Positions 27,021-40,753 of a stretch of DNA of 64,000 bases are shown here, in pieces. Both the position numbers and the translations under genes were made by a program. The stretch covers positions 45,696,001 to 45,760,000 of the forward strand of contig NC_087251.1 in the NCBI RefSeq assembly GCF_037042905.1. Direction: 5' to 3'. A model generated the notes under the pieces. It had not been told where the DNA came from. It was given only the letters and a program-made list of their open reading frames with translations, and made no database searches. The first letter of the stretch is position 1, and each line of letters opens with the position of its first letter. The stretch is from Lytechinus pictus. Lineage: Eukaryota.

Positions 27021-27341
27021 CTGGGATGGTGAGGTATAATCAAGCAGAATACTGTTGAATACTGTGTCCAATGTTAGCAGGACAATGAACGTTGATCTAA
27101 AACTGACTCCATAGATTGCTGGATTGACCCTTTAAAATATTACTGACGATTGGCAACATAGATAAACACATGTGGGACAGTGTATTATTATTATTGCTGC
27201 CATTTGGCTGTAACACCATGCTTATTGTGCTATTTTTCTTTGAAATTACACATTTTCTTCAAGAATCATATGGCACATATTTTCATTTGCACATTGAAAC
27301 TCTCGGGTGCTCATTTTATTGGATTCTGCAACATATTTTCA

Positions 27342-28131
27342 GGGGTGGTATTCTGAGATCCATTTTATCTCAGATAAAATAAAATAGTTTATCTCCGTCA
27401 AAATCAGTGAGATAAAATCTCTCCGAATTGGTATTCTGAAAACAATTTTATCTTCATTTTATCTCTGTAAGACAAACCTATTTTTTAATCAATATCCAAT
27501 TAGGAATGCGCTTTTATGGCTCTCTATCATTCAACCAATGGAAATCCATTCCACTAGGTGTGGCGAAGGAGTGAGATTGCGTCAATTTATTGACTTCAAA
27601 TACGCTTGCACTATACGCTTGTGCGTCTTTACAGAGATTTCTTTTTAACAAAAATGACAACTCTCTTTTTTTTTTCGAAGTCTATATCCCATGTTTTCAA
27701 GCATCATTTCAAAGACAATATTAGTCAAGAAAAGTCTTATGAAATACTTCCTGATTGTACAGGAATAACGTTAAGGTGTTGTTCTCAATGAATATAAGAT
27801 TTTTCTTCATTTTCATGTCAACATTTGGAGTTAATTCATCTAGAAATATTGACGAAATCAACGTCGCGGAGATAAAATAGCCCCTACCCTCTTTTAAGTT
27901 TATTTTATTTTTTCTTCGAACTTGGGCGAAAGCACATCACCCGCGTTGCAATGGCCAGATACGCGATGGGTATGTCTACGCAGCCACTGCTCTGTTGCGT
28001 ATCATCATAGATACGCAAGATAACATTTTTAATTTTATCTGAGAGATAAAATGTCATCTCAGAATACCAATTTCATTTTAAGAGATAAAATAAAATATTT
28101 TGAAGCTAAAATGACCTCAGGATACCGCCCC
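27342..28131. mobile_element. Harbinger-like MITE with ttttatctc/gagataaaa subrepeats
   Basis: ggggtggtattctgag / ctcaggataccgcccc termini. Confidence 0.65.
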
Positions 28132-28184
28132 AGATTGTTACCACTACTGGCATTTATCTTTTAGAGATAACTGTCTTTTCTCAC

Positions 28185-28399
28185 CTTTCTTGTTGCCAAT
28201 TATCCTTCCCGTGTCCTCGACATCATCGATGACATCACCACAGATCTTGGCTGATCGGAATGCACTGTCTACAACGGGGACCACTGCTTCCGCATCCTCT
28301 CCATCTTCATCTTGATCGAACCAGAGCTCCTCCTCCTCGTCCAGGTCACGTGCATCCCGTCGAAATCTGGTATTCTGAAGGATGCTCGCGTGCCTCAAA
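28185..28399 (-). CDS. PPP4R3: PPP4R3 exon 14
   Basis: SILQNTRFRRDARDLDEEEELWFDQDED. Confidence 0.93.
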
Positions 28400-28998
28400 C
28401 TGAAATGTGATAAAAAGAGTTATATTAATAAATATTGATGAACGGTATAATGTGAAAACAAAGCAAGGATGATGATGATGTGGATGATGATGGTGATGGT
28501 GATGATGATGATGATAATGGTGGTGATGATGAAGAAGATGATGATGATAATGATAATAACAAATACAACAATATTCCTAATCTTGTTTTTGTGTTGTCTA
28601 TCATTCTGAAGCTAACTTTTTTTCAATCGCTTATTGTGTAAAGCAGTTCAAAACACACATGAATTCAATGTGCATACACTTACTGCTCTATACATTTGAC
28701 AGTGTCCTAAAAACTCATAACAACAAAAACACTAGCAATGTCTGTATAGTGAATATTATTCACATTCACTCCCAATCCAGCAGCCAAAAAATATAATCCA
28801 AGCTATGTTTAATTCTCACAGAACTTCATGTCATTGTTGACAGAAATTAAAAAAATAGTAAACAAAAGAAATGAATAACAATTGTACAAAATAGCATAAA
28901 CAATGAGATAAAAACATCTTTCAATGAACATGTTTCTTCATAACTGCACCAAATCAATACCGTTCAAAATACTGATAGGTATTGTTATACTGACTTAC

Positions 28999-29144
28999 TT
29001 GTCTAAGTTTGGCCTGGTGTTGATTCTGTCCATGAACTGTTCATACTTGACACTAAGCCCTTTGAATGTTGCTACATAGTCCACGCCTTTCAACTCTTCA
29101 CCGTGCTTCTCCACTATGTGTGTCAAAAGCATCTTGATACCCTC
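28999..29144 (-). CDS. PPP4R3: PPP4R3 exon 13
   Basis: EGIKMLLTHIVEKHGEELKGVDYVATFKGLSVKYEQ. Confidence 0.93.
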
Positions 29145-30106
29145 CTGGTGATCAAAACAGGATAACAATGATTACGCAATATCCATATTATGGAAATGAT
29201 TTAAGAGAAATAATGTGTTCAATTAGGTAAAATCTTAATGAAGAGTGATGGTGGAGGTGGGGAACAGCATTTATATTATATTGGATGGCTCAGAATGGAA
29301 ATACCAGAAATATTCCAAGAGTTTGGGAAAATATTCCACGAATTGCAGATGAGTGGAATATTTCTGGTATTTCATGACATAAAGCCATCCAATATAATCA
29401 TTATTATCTACACAACCCCCCCCCCCCCAAAAAAGAGGGGAAATTTGATAACAAATCATATCACTTATCACATCACCACTTTAGGATCAATTTTGGTCAT
29501 TGACATGCGACTTACATGCAGTTCATTATGACGTCATTGAGCGCAATTGTGATCTATGCTGCGCATCGCATTGCTTTCATTGTTCTACCCATTGTATATT
29601 TCACACGTACGCGCATGCGCACTAGACTGTTGAATATGGTCTCATACTCAAAGGTAAATTTTGTACACGAGCCTATGGGATATTCATCGGATTTCCGTCA
29701 TTTTTAGGGATACGCTCTGATACTGCACAGGCAATTGATGCAGACCAAAATACGCGTTTTTAATGTATGGCTAAAACGCTCTATATAGATGATAATAAAT
29801 GATATGATATAGCCAATAAAATAATTGAAGCACAAGTTGAATGAAAACATTATGTCCAATTGTATGGCAGACTACTAATGAATTTATCTTTTTTTTAATA
29901 AAAGCTCTTCCACACATTTCAATGGTGTTTGCTGTACTTGGAATAGTCTCTCAACTTAAAATGTCACTTTTTTACCAAATGACTGCAAAGCTCTAAAGAG
30001 TTAGGACTTAACAAAGGATTCTCCAATATCTCATCTCACATAATTCATTCAAAAAATACATCTATCAAATCAAAGAGGAATTACAAGAGGTTTTGATTAT
30101 ACTTAC

Positions 30107-30276
30107 TATCCTAATAAACTCAAAGAGTTCGATGAGAGCGGAGTTGAGTAGGTTATATTTGGACCGGTTGACATTGAAGAGACTAACGAGGGGCTCAAAG
30201 AGGTTCCCTTTGACAATATACCTATTATAGAAGTCATCTCTCATGGCTACTACCTTCCTGAAGAACCTAACAGCAC
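30107..30276 (-). CDS. PPP4R3: PPP4R3 exon 12
   Basis: CAVRFFRKVVAMRDDFYNRYIVKGNLFEP...YNLLNSALIELFEFIRI. Confidence 0.95.
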
Positions 30277-30604
30277 CTGGAATTGACAATGAATGGGAAA
30301 AAAGTTATATAATACCATACAAATGTAACCCTGATGATCATAACAACAATAGTAATAATAATTACAAAAATCATATTTTTTGCTGATACACGTTTTACTA
30401 AGTTTACTAGGTAGTATTATTCATCAATGCAGTATTATTTTCGTATTGAATAATTAATTGATTTGTACATTTTGTTTATACCCCATATTTTGTTACAATC
30501 AGTTTTGTTTCTTTCTGGGGGGGGGGGGGGGTAGGTATAATGAATAAAAGAATAAATATGACTATCTTCCATTCTAGATGAAAAACAAATCTTCCCAAAC
30601 TTAC

Positions 30605-30763
30605 ATAATACAAGGAAATGATGCGAAGATCTAAGTAAGACTAATATTCTCCTGAGAAGATCTTTGTTGATGATGTAGTTCTTTATGTGGTACGTATGAT
30701 GCTCCACTGCAAACGTTAATAACTCTAGAATCAAACTCAACAGCTGGGATGTCTGGTAGTCAT
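30605..30763 (-). CDS. PPP4R3: PPP4R3 exon 11
   Basis: [44 protein letters not shown]. Confidence 0.95.
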
Positions 30764-30960
30764 CTGTCGAAGAAGAAGAAGCAAGAAAATGAAAGTCAAG
30801 AAATACTGCATGAGAAACCCACACCAATGCTAAAAATAATTTTGTGTTTGAGTACAATGTTAACTGACAAATAAAAAGAAAATGGATGAACAGTGAATTC
30901 AAAGATGCATATTGTTCCAAGATTTAAATTGAATTGTCAGAATAATAAATCAGCCAAAAT

Positions 30961-31251
30961 AACAAGTGGAGTGCCTCTGGCAGTCTCGCCTTCATTACGC
31001 CATTCGATATGGCAGCAGTGCTGACTTTGATAAAAATAATAATTCACAAAAAACACCATTCGTATAATAATCTAATACTATGTTCATTGACCATAAATGA
31101 CATTTGACCTTGATGAAGTGACCTAGGACAAGCGCAAGATGAGCAATGATACTCGATTACCTTAGGTTAAGATTTGATGTTGACGCCGACACCACCGCCG
31201 TCGGAAAAGCGGTGCCAATAGCCTTGCTCTGCTATGCAGGCGAGACAAAAA
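30961..31251. mobile_element. Helentron-associated (HINE/DINE-like) element relic
   Basis: aacaag start in an A-run, tgaccttga motifs, 3' hairpin ending gcaggcgagacaaaaa. Confidence 0.5.
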
Positions 31252-31582
31252 TGGACGATTTCTACTTACTAGTCATTGACAACAAGGTAGCCTTTCATGA
31301 AAAGTTTAGTTAGTGATTTTTCCTGACTAATTTGCTCTCAGCCAATCAGATGCAAGGATTTCAGTAGTTTGTAAACAATAGTCAGTGAAAACCACCACTT
31401 GTTCCATGAAATGCTCTCCAAGTGTGATGAAAGAGCCCAGGGTCCGTTGCATAAAAGTTACTATTATGGTAACTTTGCAATCCAATGGTAACTACCATGG
31501 TAACAGCACTCATCAGCTAATCAAAATCAAGGACTCTGCAAGTTACCATTGAATGGCAAAGTTTCAATAACAATGTCTTTTA

Positions 31583-31807
<225 letters not shown>

Positions 31808-32003
31808 TTACAGAATCAAAGACAGAATATCATATGCTAACATAAACAAGTATTCATTTTCATGAGGTATTTCCTCTCACTTCAAGCAAGAATGTAGTTT
31901 GATTGAATTTCAACTAATAGAAAACCCAAAATAAAAAGATCAAGTTAATTACAGCCCTATGGGTAAACTCGGGGGGGGGGGGGGGGGGGGGCATTTCACT
32001 AAC

Positions 32004-32755
32004 AATTTTTCTCTGAGCCAATCAGCTGCAGGGATTTCAGTAGGTCAGTGAAAATCACTATTCGTTTTGTGAAATGCTTCCTAGATGCAAGATTAAACTT
32101 GGTATAATGATGGCACATCGTGCAATTCATGCACTTTTGTGAACTCATCTATTGTGACGGTGATAAACACCACACTTGGCCGCCGTGCAAGAATTTTTCT
32201 GAGCCAATCAGCTGCAGGGATTTCAGTCGGTGAGTGAAAATCACTATTCGTTTTGTGAAATGCTTCCTAGATGCAAGATTAAACTTGGTATAATGATGGC
32301 ACATCGTGCAATTCATGCACTTTTGTGAACTCATCTATTGTGACGGTGATAAACACCACACTTGGCCGCCGTGCAAGAATTTTTCTGAGCCAATCAGCTG
32401 CAGGGATTTCAGTAGGTCAGTGAAAATCACTATTCGTTTTGTGAAATGCTTCCTAGATGCAAGATTAAACTTGGTATAATGATGGCACATCGTGCAATTC
32501 ATGCACTTTTGTGAACTCATCTATTGTGACGGTGATAAACACCACACTTGGCCGCCGTGCAAGAATTTTTCTGAGCCAATCAGCTGCAGGGATTTCAGTA
32601 GGTCAGTGAAAATCACTATTCGTTTTGTGAAATGCTCCCTAGATGCAAGATTAAACTTGGTATAATGATGGCACATCGTGCAATTCATGCACTTTTGTGG
32701 ACCCATCTACATGTATTGTGACGGTGATAAACACCACACTTGGCCGCCGTGCAAG
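32004..32755. repeat. Four-copy 186-bp tandem repeat
   Basis: Near-identical units starting at ~32012, 32198, 32384 and 32570; they produce the three repeated spurious ORFs. Confidence 0.95.
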
Positions 32756-33006
32756 GAGCATGAGTAGCATTGAATATTGTTATGACTGAATTCACAAATA
32801 TGGCTGAATAATTTCAGCATTATAAAAATAAGGGAATGACATGGTAAAAATAAATCGAGCAGATATTGTGATAAACAGTATTTACTATTGAAAAGAAGGA
32901 AACAACATAATTGATCTCATAGAAAATTGGAAAGATGTCAGAAATCTTGCTCAGTTATCATCCAGAAGCTAAGCTCTAATCAATAGATGATTGGAATATA
33001 ACTTAC

Positions 33007-33083
33007 AACTCCAGTTGCCATCATATTCTCAGGATCTACAAGCATTTTTAGGATGTTCATCAGTTGAAGGGCACTGCCAAGAT
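33007..33083 (-). CDS. PPP4R3: PPP4R3 exon 9
   Basis: DLGSALQLMNILKMLVDPENMMATGV. Confidence 0.93.
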
Positions 33084-33671
33084 CTACATAACAAAAAACA
33101 AAAACAAAATAGTATTAACAATGAATATCAATAATGTAGGTAATATTTGAAAAAAATTCTTCATGTTAAATAATGAATCACTTTGCCTAATTAAATAAAA
33201 ACTAATGCATATCACACAGTTCTACCATAAAAAAAACTATTCTGACATCTAGACAATGTTAGAATCATCAAAAAATATTTAAAGAACCTTTGAACTATTT
33301 CATCACCAGAATGATAGTAGAATATGGATATATTTATAATCACATCAACCTTAGATTTTCCAACCTTCCTAATTGAAAAAATAGAGATGATTTTGCTAAA
33401 AAGTATGAAAAAAAATGCATTTCTCATAGAAGCACACAGTAAAATTATTAAAAAATTGGAATATGCTATCTAAAGAGCTTTAAAAAGGAAAAAAAATTCT
33501 CTCCTCGTAAGTCAAGATGGTCGAGAGCTCTGGAATATATTTAGGAGTAAGGTGGACATGACTTAGAAAACATGAATTCCACTTTCTATATTTACACATA
33601 GTGAAAGCAAGAGCCGCCGTCAGGCCTTGAAATGGAAGAAGCAAAGGGTAGCTATTAATAAGTCGACTTAC

Positions 33672-33726
33672 CTGGATCTGTGTCGCAAATCATCTGCTCT
33701 ATGACAAGGTTGATTAGTAGTACATC
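33672..33726 (-). CDS. PPP4R3: PPP4R3 exon 8
   Basis: DVLLINLVIEQMICDTDP; donor gtaagt. Confidence 0.93.
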
Positions 33727-33761
33727 CTGCAAGGGTGTATACAAGGTAGACAACGTATGTT

Positions 33762-34167
33762 ACACCTTAACATGAATGTCATTCTCAACAACATTGAACA
33801 CGAGTGGCTCACCTAAACAACTCTAAACATGAATGGTTCACCTTAACATGAATGTCATTCTCTAAAACACTGAACATGAGTGGCTCACTTAAACAACTCT
33901 AAACATGAATGGTTCACCTTAACATGAATGTCATTCTCAACAACATTGAACATGAATGGCTCACCTTAACATGATTGTCATTCTTAGCAACATTGAACAT
34001 GTATGGTTCACCAAAACAACACTAAATATGAATGTCTCACCTCAAAATGAATGGCACTCTCAAACAGCACTGAACATGTATGGCTCACCTCAACAACACT
34101 AAATACGAAAGTCATTCTCAACAACACAGAACATGAATGGTTCACCTTAACATGAATGTCATTCTCA
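33762..34167. repeat. Minisatellite built on aacatgaatg units (~20-25 bp)
   Basis: Repeated aacatgaatgtcattctcaacaacattg / aacatgaatggttcaccttaa. Confidence 0.9.
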
Positions 34168-35517
34168 CTCTACGCAGAACAGCATTGCGGTAGGAATATG
34201 TTCTGGTGGTTTTGCATGGATAACTTCTGCCGTTCCACAACAACAATAACAATAATATGAGAATTTATAGTATGCTGGTATCCATCATGAGTTTATGCTT
34301 TTTTTAATTTTTGGGAAAAAATTACAAAAAATGCAGTTTTCTACTTAAATTGCTTATGGTGCAATGAAGAGGTGATTATATTGCAACATAATATCAAAAT
34401 GAAGACTAAGGAGATTAAAGAGTCCTATTTCAAAATAACATACAAGATCTTTATTCAAAGATTACATACTATATTACCTGATCTTGAAATTATTTAATGG
34501 TTGATTTATACATATAATTCAATACAACCTATATCAAGAGAATACTAATTCTACAGCTTAACAATACCTTGATATATAACCTTCAAAATCAATCATTTTG
34601 AAACAGTAAGACTTCCATTATATATAGACAAATTATTCTGGAAAATCTTATTTAATGTATTTCTTGTCATGATATCAGCATATATGATGCCGTTTAAAAA
34701 TCACACATTTTCTAACAATAGTAACCTTCTACAAAACATCTGGGGCCCCCGATTCATAAAACTTGTTACAATAACAAATTTGCAATAACAGTTAAAAGCT
34801 ACCAAAATCCTTCAATGTTGTTGGCTGATGATAAATTTGTTATAAAAAAATTGTATTTATTATAATATTCAACAAGTCTTCCTGAAACGGAACCCTAATG
34901 ATATAACACATTCAAATCCTATTCCTATCACTCATATTTCTGCAGTAAATAAGCATTTCCTTTTCATTACTACGAATGAGTAATTGGTGTGGTCTGGGCT
35001 TGATTGAAGGAAACAGTTGTTAACTCACGCTCATTGATACCCTACAAGATGCTCAACATTGTTTCAATGTATATGCATCTGACAACAATAATAGGAGATT
35101 ATATGGCTTGGGTCGGCTCGAGTGCGGGGTTGTAGAGGGGTGACTGGGAAAGTGAGGAAACAAGATGCAGTCAAATACAGGACAGTCTGACTTGGAATTC
35201 TGGTTCAAATCATGTTCCAGACCAGTGGTTTATACCTAGTTCCTACCGTCGCAATTTTCGCCACGACTGAAACCGTGGTCTAAATCTTGGAGTGATCGTG
35301 TCCGATCTTTTCAGATCTCGATATCAGTCGTGGCAATCATTTTGAATGTAGAATTTTTTTTTGACAGCTCAATACATTTTGCATCAGCTCTGAAAGGCAA
35401 AGGGATCACATGGCAGTGAGAATGAGGTATAAGCAATTTCTCTTTAAGCCATTGTTCTTTTTCATGTGTACTATTTGCATTGTTTGCATTACAGCACAAA
35501 TGCATGTACAAATAAAT

Positions 35518-35954
35518 ACAAGAGTCGCTAAGGTGAGCACATAATACGCCCGTCTGCAACACGGAAAATGGAGTTATTGGTCAAGCAAGAAAAGTGGAAA
35601 GTGGCGACTTCACCTTTGACCTTTTGATCTCAAAATCAATAGGCTTCCTGGATCCACGCTAGTATCATACACACCAAATTATATGAGCCTAGGTTAAGTT
35701 AAACTGAAGTTCTCGCGTTTACGTGGACTTCAGAAGGGTAAGATGAAAACACGACACTGTGACCTTGACCTTATGACCTCAAAATCAATAGGCTTCCTGG
35801 GATCCATGCTAGTATCATACACACCAAATTAAATGAGCCTAGGTTAAGTTAAACTGAAGTTATCGTGTTTACAAGGAAAAGTTAACGGAGGGCGGACAGA
35901 CGGACGGACACTGAGCGTGATACCATAATACGTTCCGTAGAAAGGGCGTATCAA
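35518..35954. mobile_element. Helentron-associated (DINE-1-like) element
   Basis: acaag start, ataatacgcccg subterminal motif, ~143-bp internal duplication with gaccttgacc, (ggac/agac)n microsatellite, 3' hairpin tacgttcc...gggcgta. Confidence 0.65.
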
Positions 35955-36273
35955 TCACAAATATCAATCATCATCTCTATATGTAAAGGCTCTGTCATAT
36001 CGTTCCTTGCATGCCTTGTGTGTGACTGTCGGGTGACTATTTCTGCTACCCGCAGGTCATCTGCAGGCCACGCACATTGACAGTATCACCTACGTATCTC
36101 ACAGAAGGTTGTCTGAGGGGGGGGGGGGGACCGAGAACTAGTCTGATTTGCCCAAAGAAAAGTTTTGAACTTTGTTTTGGGCGACTTGTGCCTGCAGCTC
36201 ATCCGCAGGGCTTGCATGCAACAACGTGACAGGGCCTTTACACCCCCACCCATTCAGTAGAATATAGACTCAC

Positions 36274-36390
36274 GTCTTCCGATGATGAACCTTCGTGCAT
36301 GATGAACTCCCTAACCATAGATGCATTGAATCCTACGACCAAGGAGAAGATGTCTATTGCTGCTTGCCTAACCTCTGAATCCTCCATACC
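36274..36390 (-). CDS. PPP4R3: PPP4R3 exon 7
   Basis: GMEDSEVRQAAIDIFSLVVGFNASMVREFIMHEGSSSED. Confidence 0.93.
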
Positions 36391-36908
36391 CTATAAATAA
36401 AAAAATAAAAAAGTTTTTCCTTTAAAACAAGCAACTTATGTGGAGAAATCTATCCTGAGCTGTTTTACATAGAGTATAGTAATCGATTGAGGTGCTGATT
36501 ATTACAACTGATTATACACAAGAATCAATGCAATCAATTGAAAAAACCAGCCCCATGATCCACTAAGCTTCATGTTTTGGGGCCCTAGACGTTTTCGATC
36601 TGAATGTAAGAGTAAGACTGAATATTATTTTGAATATAAGTATTTTCTTCTATAGTTTGTGGATTCAATATAATAAAAATTAATAGAGTGATGATAACAA
36701 TAATAATTCTAATAATAATAATACTGATAATAATAATAATAATAATAATGATAATAATGATAATAATAACAACAAAACCCAAATTTTTTAAAGTACATAT
36801 GATAACGTTTTGATATACAAGACAAAAAGAAATTTATCAAACAAACAAAAACATAGAAATATCATAAATAGAATGTCATCAGACTATGTAAGTTAAGACT
36901 CAACTCAC

Positions 36909-36953
36909 CAAGACAACTTCTAGGGCAGGGAGAATACCTAAGCTTGATAACGT
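36909..36953 (-). CDS. PPP4R3: PPP4R3 exon 6
   Basis: TLSSLGILPALEVVL; ttcag|...|gtgagt. Confidence 0.92.
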
Positions 36954-37301
36954 CTGAATATTGAAAAAACAAAACAAACAGAAATTACATAACAAAGCAA
37001 ATAATATCAAAATTTTGACATTCAAGAGGAATAATCACAGGATAAAACCCAAGTACATTGTAAGTACTACTTGCATACAAAAAAAAAAGTTCTCAAAAAA
37101 GAACATCAGTTTGGATGTAACACAAGTTTGTTAGAATTAGAATAGAAATATTGTGCAATGCTTTATTTATGACTGTATCAATCCAAATCGAAACGAGTTT
37201 CATCTACATACATGTACTTTCGATGTGTCTGAGGTGTGGGGGGAGGGGTGAGTCAGTTGACTATTTAAATATTTCAAAAAGTAACAAGAACATGTGCTAA
37301 C

Positions 37302-37445
37302 CTTGAAGAAGCCTTCCCTGTTCTGACTATTCTGAGCAAAACAGCAGAATTCTTTGAGGAATAAAACAAGGTCTCTCCGCCTCTGGTTCTCCGTACTCTC
37401 ACTGATGAGTTGTGCAAAGAGCTCGGGCAGGAATTTCTCATCGTC
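37302..37445 (-). CDS. PPP4R3: PPP4R3 exon 5
   Basis: DDEKFLPELFAQL...LFLKEFCCFAQNSQNREGFFK. Confidence 0.93.
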
Positions 37446-38090
37446 CTACAAAGTGGCAAAGCAATGGTATTGATTTGGTTCAAAAGAGTTCTTTACAAAG
37501 AGGTAGGTACGTTTAATGGAATACTGATGAGCTTCTTCGACAAGTTTTCTCACGCTGCGATGAAGTGCACATGGTACTGTGCAAACATCCCTTATTATCA
37601 TGGTGTCCTTGACGATAATGGCTCAAAACTAACCATTACATGAATTTCCACATTAGACTTCATACATGTTCTGCCATCCCATGACAGAAGGAAGCAAGAG
37701 ACATATTAAAATATAGCCTCAAATATTTGTATTTTACAAATTTACTTTCAAAGAAAAACATTAATCCTGCTATGGGATACATACGTCTATTTAACTGTCA
37801 TGCCAACGCATTGGCATCTATAAAAAGTAAATGACAAATACCCATTTTGCCCTCTTACAGTAAATACACTTTGGTCACTTGTTGAATCTTGTTCCTTTTA
37901 AAGTAAGGCAGTGTTGTACTGAGAGTGAAATTACATGTAGTACAAATTTGACACATGTCGTACAAACTTTTACATGTACACATATATGTATTGTCACTAC
38001 AAGCCTTTTGTAAAGATAATTGACTTAATTGTACATTATCTAATACAAAGAAATTTAGTAACACCAGTAAGAATATACAGGGCTGAGCCC

Positions 38091-38700
38091 TTAAAGGTCA
38101 AGTCCACCCCAGAAAAACATTGATTTGAATAAATAAAGAAAAATCAAACGAGCATAATGCTGAAAATTTCATCAAAATTGGGTGTAAAATAAGAAAGTTA
38201 TGACATTTTAAAGTTTCGCTTATTTTTCACAAAACAGTGATATGCACAACCCAGTGACATGCAAATCAGACAGCCGATGATGTCCCTCACTCACTTATTC
38301 TTTTGTTTTTTATTGTTTGAATTATACAATATTTCATTTTTTACAGATTTGACAATAATGACCAACTTGACTGAACCATATAGTATTAAACAATGCTAAA
38401 TCCATATGTTCAGGAAGGAATTAATCATTGTTTCACTTGTCAATGAGGAGAAAATTAGAAAAATTCATATTTCATATAATGAATTACACAAGAAATAGTG
38501 AGTGGATGATGTCATCAGTTTCCTCATTTGCATACTGACCAGGTTGTGCATATAACTGTTTTGTGAAACTAAGCAAAACATTAAAATGTCATAACTATCT
38601 TATTTTACATCCGATTTTGATGAAAATTTCAGTGTTATGCTTGTTGGATTTTTCTCTTTTTATTCACATCAATTTGTGTTGGGGTGGACTTGTCCTTTAA
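38091..38700. mobile_element. Kolobok-like non-autonomous element, TTAA TSD
   Basis: ttaa|aggtcaagtccacccc ... ggggtggacttgtcct|ttaa. Confidence 0.8.
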
Positions 38701-40753
38701 GTGTGGCTTTCCTACACAAGATCCACTGTTAAATTTCTACTGGGTTCAACAAGTGAACACCCAGCAGCTTTGCCAACATTCAGTACATGTAATGCAATAT
38801 AATCCAGTAGTAGTGTTAACTTTGTGACACTCTCTTTTGGACTAAATGAACATGTGAAAACAAAAATATATATTCTTATGAAAAACACGTTTCAATTATA
38901 CTTTGTCAACTACATGTACATTATGTATTTATAGCCTTTGTATGAATACCATTTACACATACATGTACACAGCAGCATAATTACATGTACATGTTCTGTT
39001 TACTTTCAAACATGTATCTCTCCCACAAAAACAGCATAGACCCGAGGGGTGTTTCACAAAGATTTAGGAATGACTTAAATGCCTACGTGTATACAGTATA
39101 TGATAATGCAACGTGCAATCTTATTGATAAATACATGTATGCAGTAGTGCACGTCCTTTTGGCATGATCCGACCAATGCGGTCATGCCTTTTATAACGCA
39201 CGCAACTAGGCATTCAAATGTGACTTTAAGTCATCCTTAAATCTTTGTATAACACCTGCTCCCCCCCCCCCCCCCGTTCATAAATACAATATTCTGCACT
39301 GCAGCTTTTACTCCATGACATGTTTTCCAACATGTACACTTCTTTCTGATTATGATATTTCGGCATCATGCACTGGCAAGAATATGATTCCATTAATAAC
39401 CACTTTCTGGTCAGGATATTGCTGCCTTTCTTCTCTTTCCAATCAATCCAGGAAAGGCATGGAAATTGATGCACTCTCTGCCAGGTTCCTAGAAGAATGA
39501 GGATGGTCTACCCACAGTGCCCTCGGTAACTCATTTCCCCCGTAATTTGTGCAGGATTTTACCCGATTCCCTAAACCATACCCAGCAGTGGTTTACGAAT
39601 TCAATCAAAATTTCGAATGAAAATGGCAAACCAATATGTATCACAATATAAAATATCATGAAAGCAATGAATTTCAATGATGTAAATTTATCTGTACATG
39701 TACATGTAATTCCTGAAGTTGAGGTTAAAAACTGCTTTGGACATCAAAGAAAAGGCAAACATGTACAATTAGTACATGTGCATAAAAATTGCTGATTTCT
39801 ATCAAGTATCAACTGTGTTTGTTTTAAAGATAAAAAGGAAGAGTAAAGATTATCAAAACAATGGGTACAAGAAATGTACATGCCCTGATGATACGTGAAT
39901 GAGAATGAAAACCAAATAATTACAGAAAACAGTCATTTGCAGGCCTGGTCATTTGTAAATCTTTTCTGTACAGTATTACAATATTCATATTTTGTGATTG
40001 AACAGTAAAAAAAAAAAGAACTCAAAGCACATAATGCAGGCACAATAATGTAAATAAAAAATACCTTAAGTTCAAAGTTTGGATGATTCTCGGCATTTAC
40101 CATCGATGCAGGATTGGGAATTTCCCCCAAATTGGAAACACACTTTACACAAGCTACATTTAAACTAAACTTCATGAATTGATAACCAATTAATTAAAAA
40201 TTATGAAGACCACCTATCACAGAAATGTATAAATACACCACCAAGGATGAATGATGACAAATACAAGTAACCACTGTTTTCAAATCATTGATATTTATAA
40301 TTCATATATTTGGCAGGTAACATTTCTAGTTATTTCCAGTCTCAAAGCACCTTTTTCTAACTATAACAAAACTATCAGTTAACCAAGTTCTTGCACTTGA
40401 CTAACCCACATCAGAATTTGGATCAGATGAAATATGCATGTAATCTCTGATTTTGGAGCAATTTTTTGTAATTTCATAACACTAGAAAACTTTGTTCATT
40501 TTCAAATTGTGGCTAATCATATTTGAAGAATTAAAAGTATGCCTACTGTGCATTTGCTGTTGGAAAATTTTACCCAACCCACTCATATTTTTACTTTGTG
40601 AATGTCGACATGTACATGTATCTCTACATGGTGTATGTTTGTACAATACTTTATAACCCAATATAAACTTGCAAAGATATAATCATAGCCGAATATATAT
40701 CTTACATGAATATACACAAAAAATAAGAAAAACTGAATCAAATGAAACATTAC

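Noticed and set aside
32149..32706. Three near-identical 61-aa ORFs
   Set aside because: By-product of the 186-bp tandem repeat in a PPP4R3 intron; partly MITE sequence, no recognisable domain.
35029..35041. 13-nt microexon using the ttgtag acceptor
   Set aside because: Poor pyrimidine tract and frame-shifting; the acceptor at 35143 is a much better partner for the same donor.
37524..37560. CTGATGA hammerhead-like cores (also at 30332, 39885 and 63517)
   Set aside because: None has a stem II followed by GAAA with matching stems I and III.
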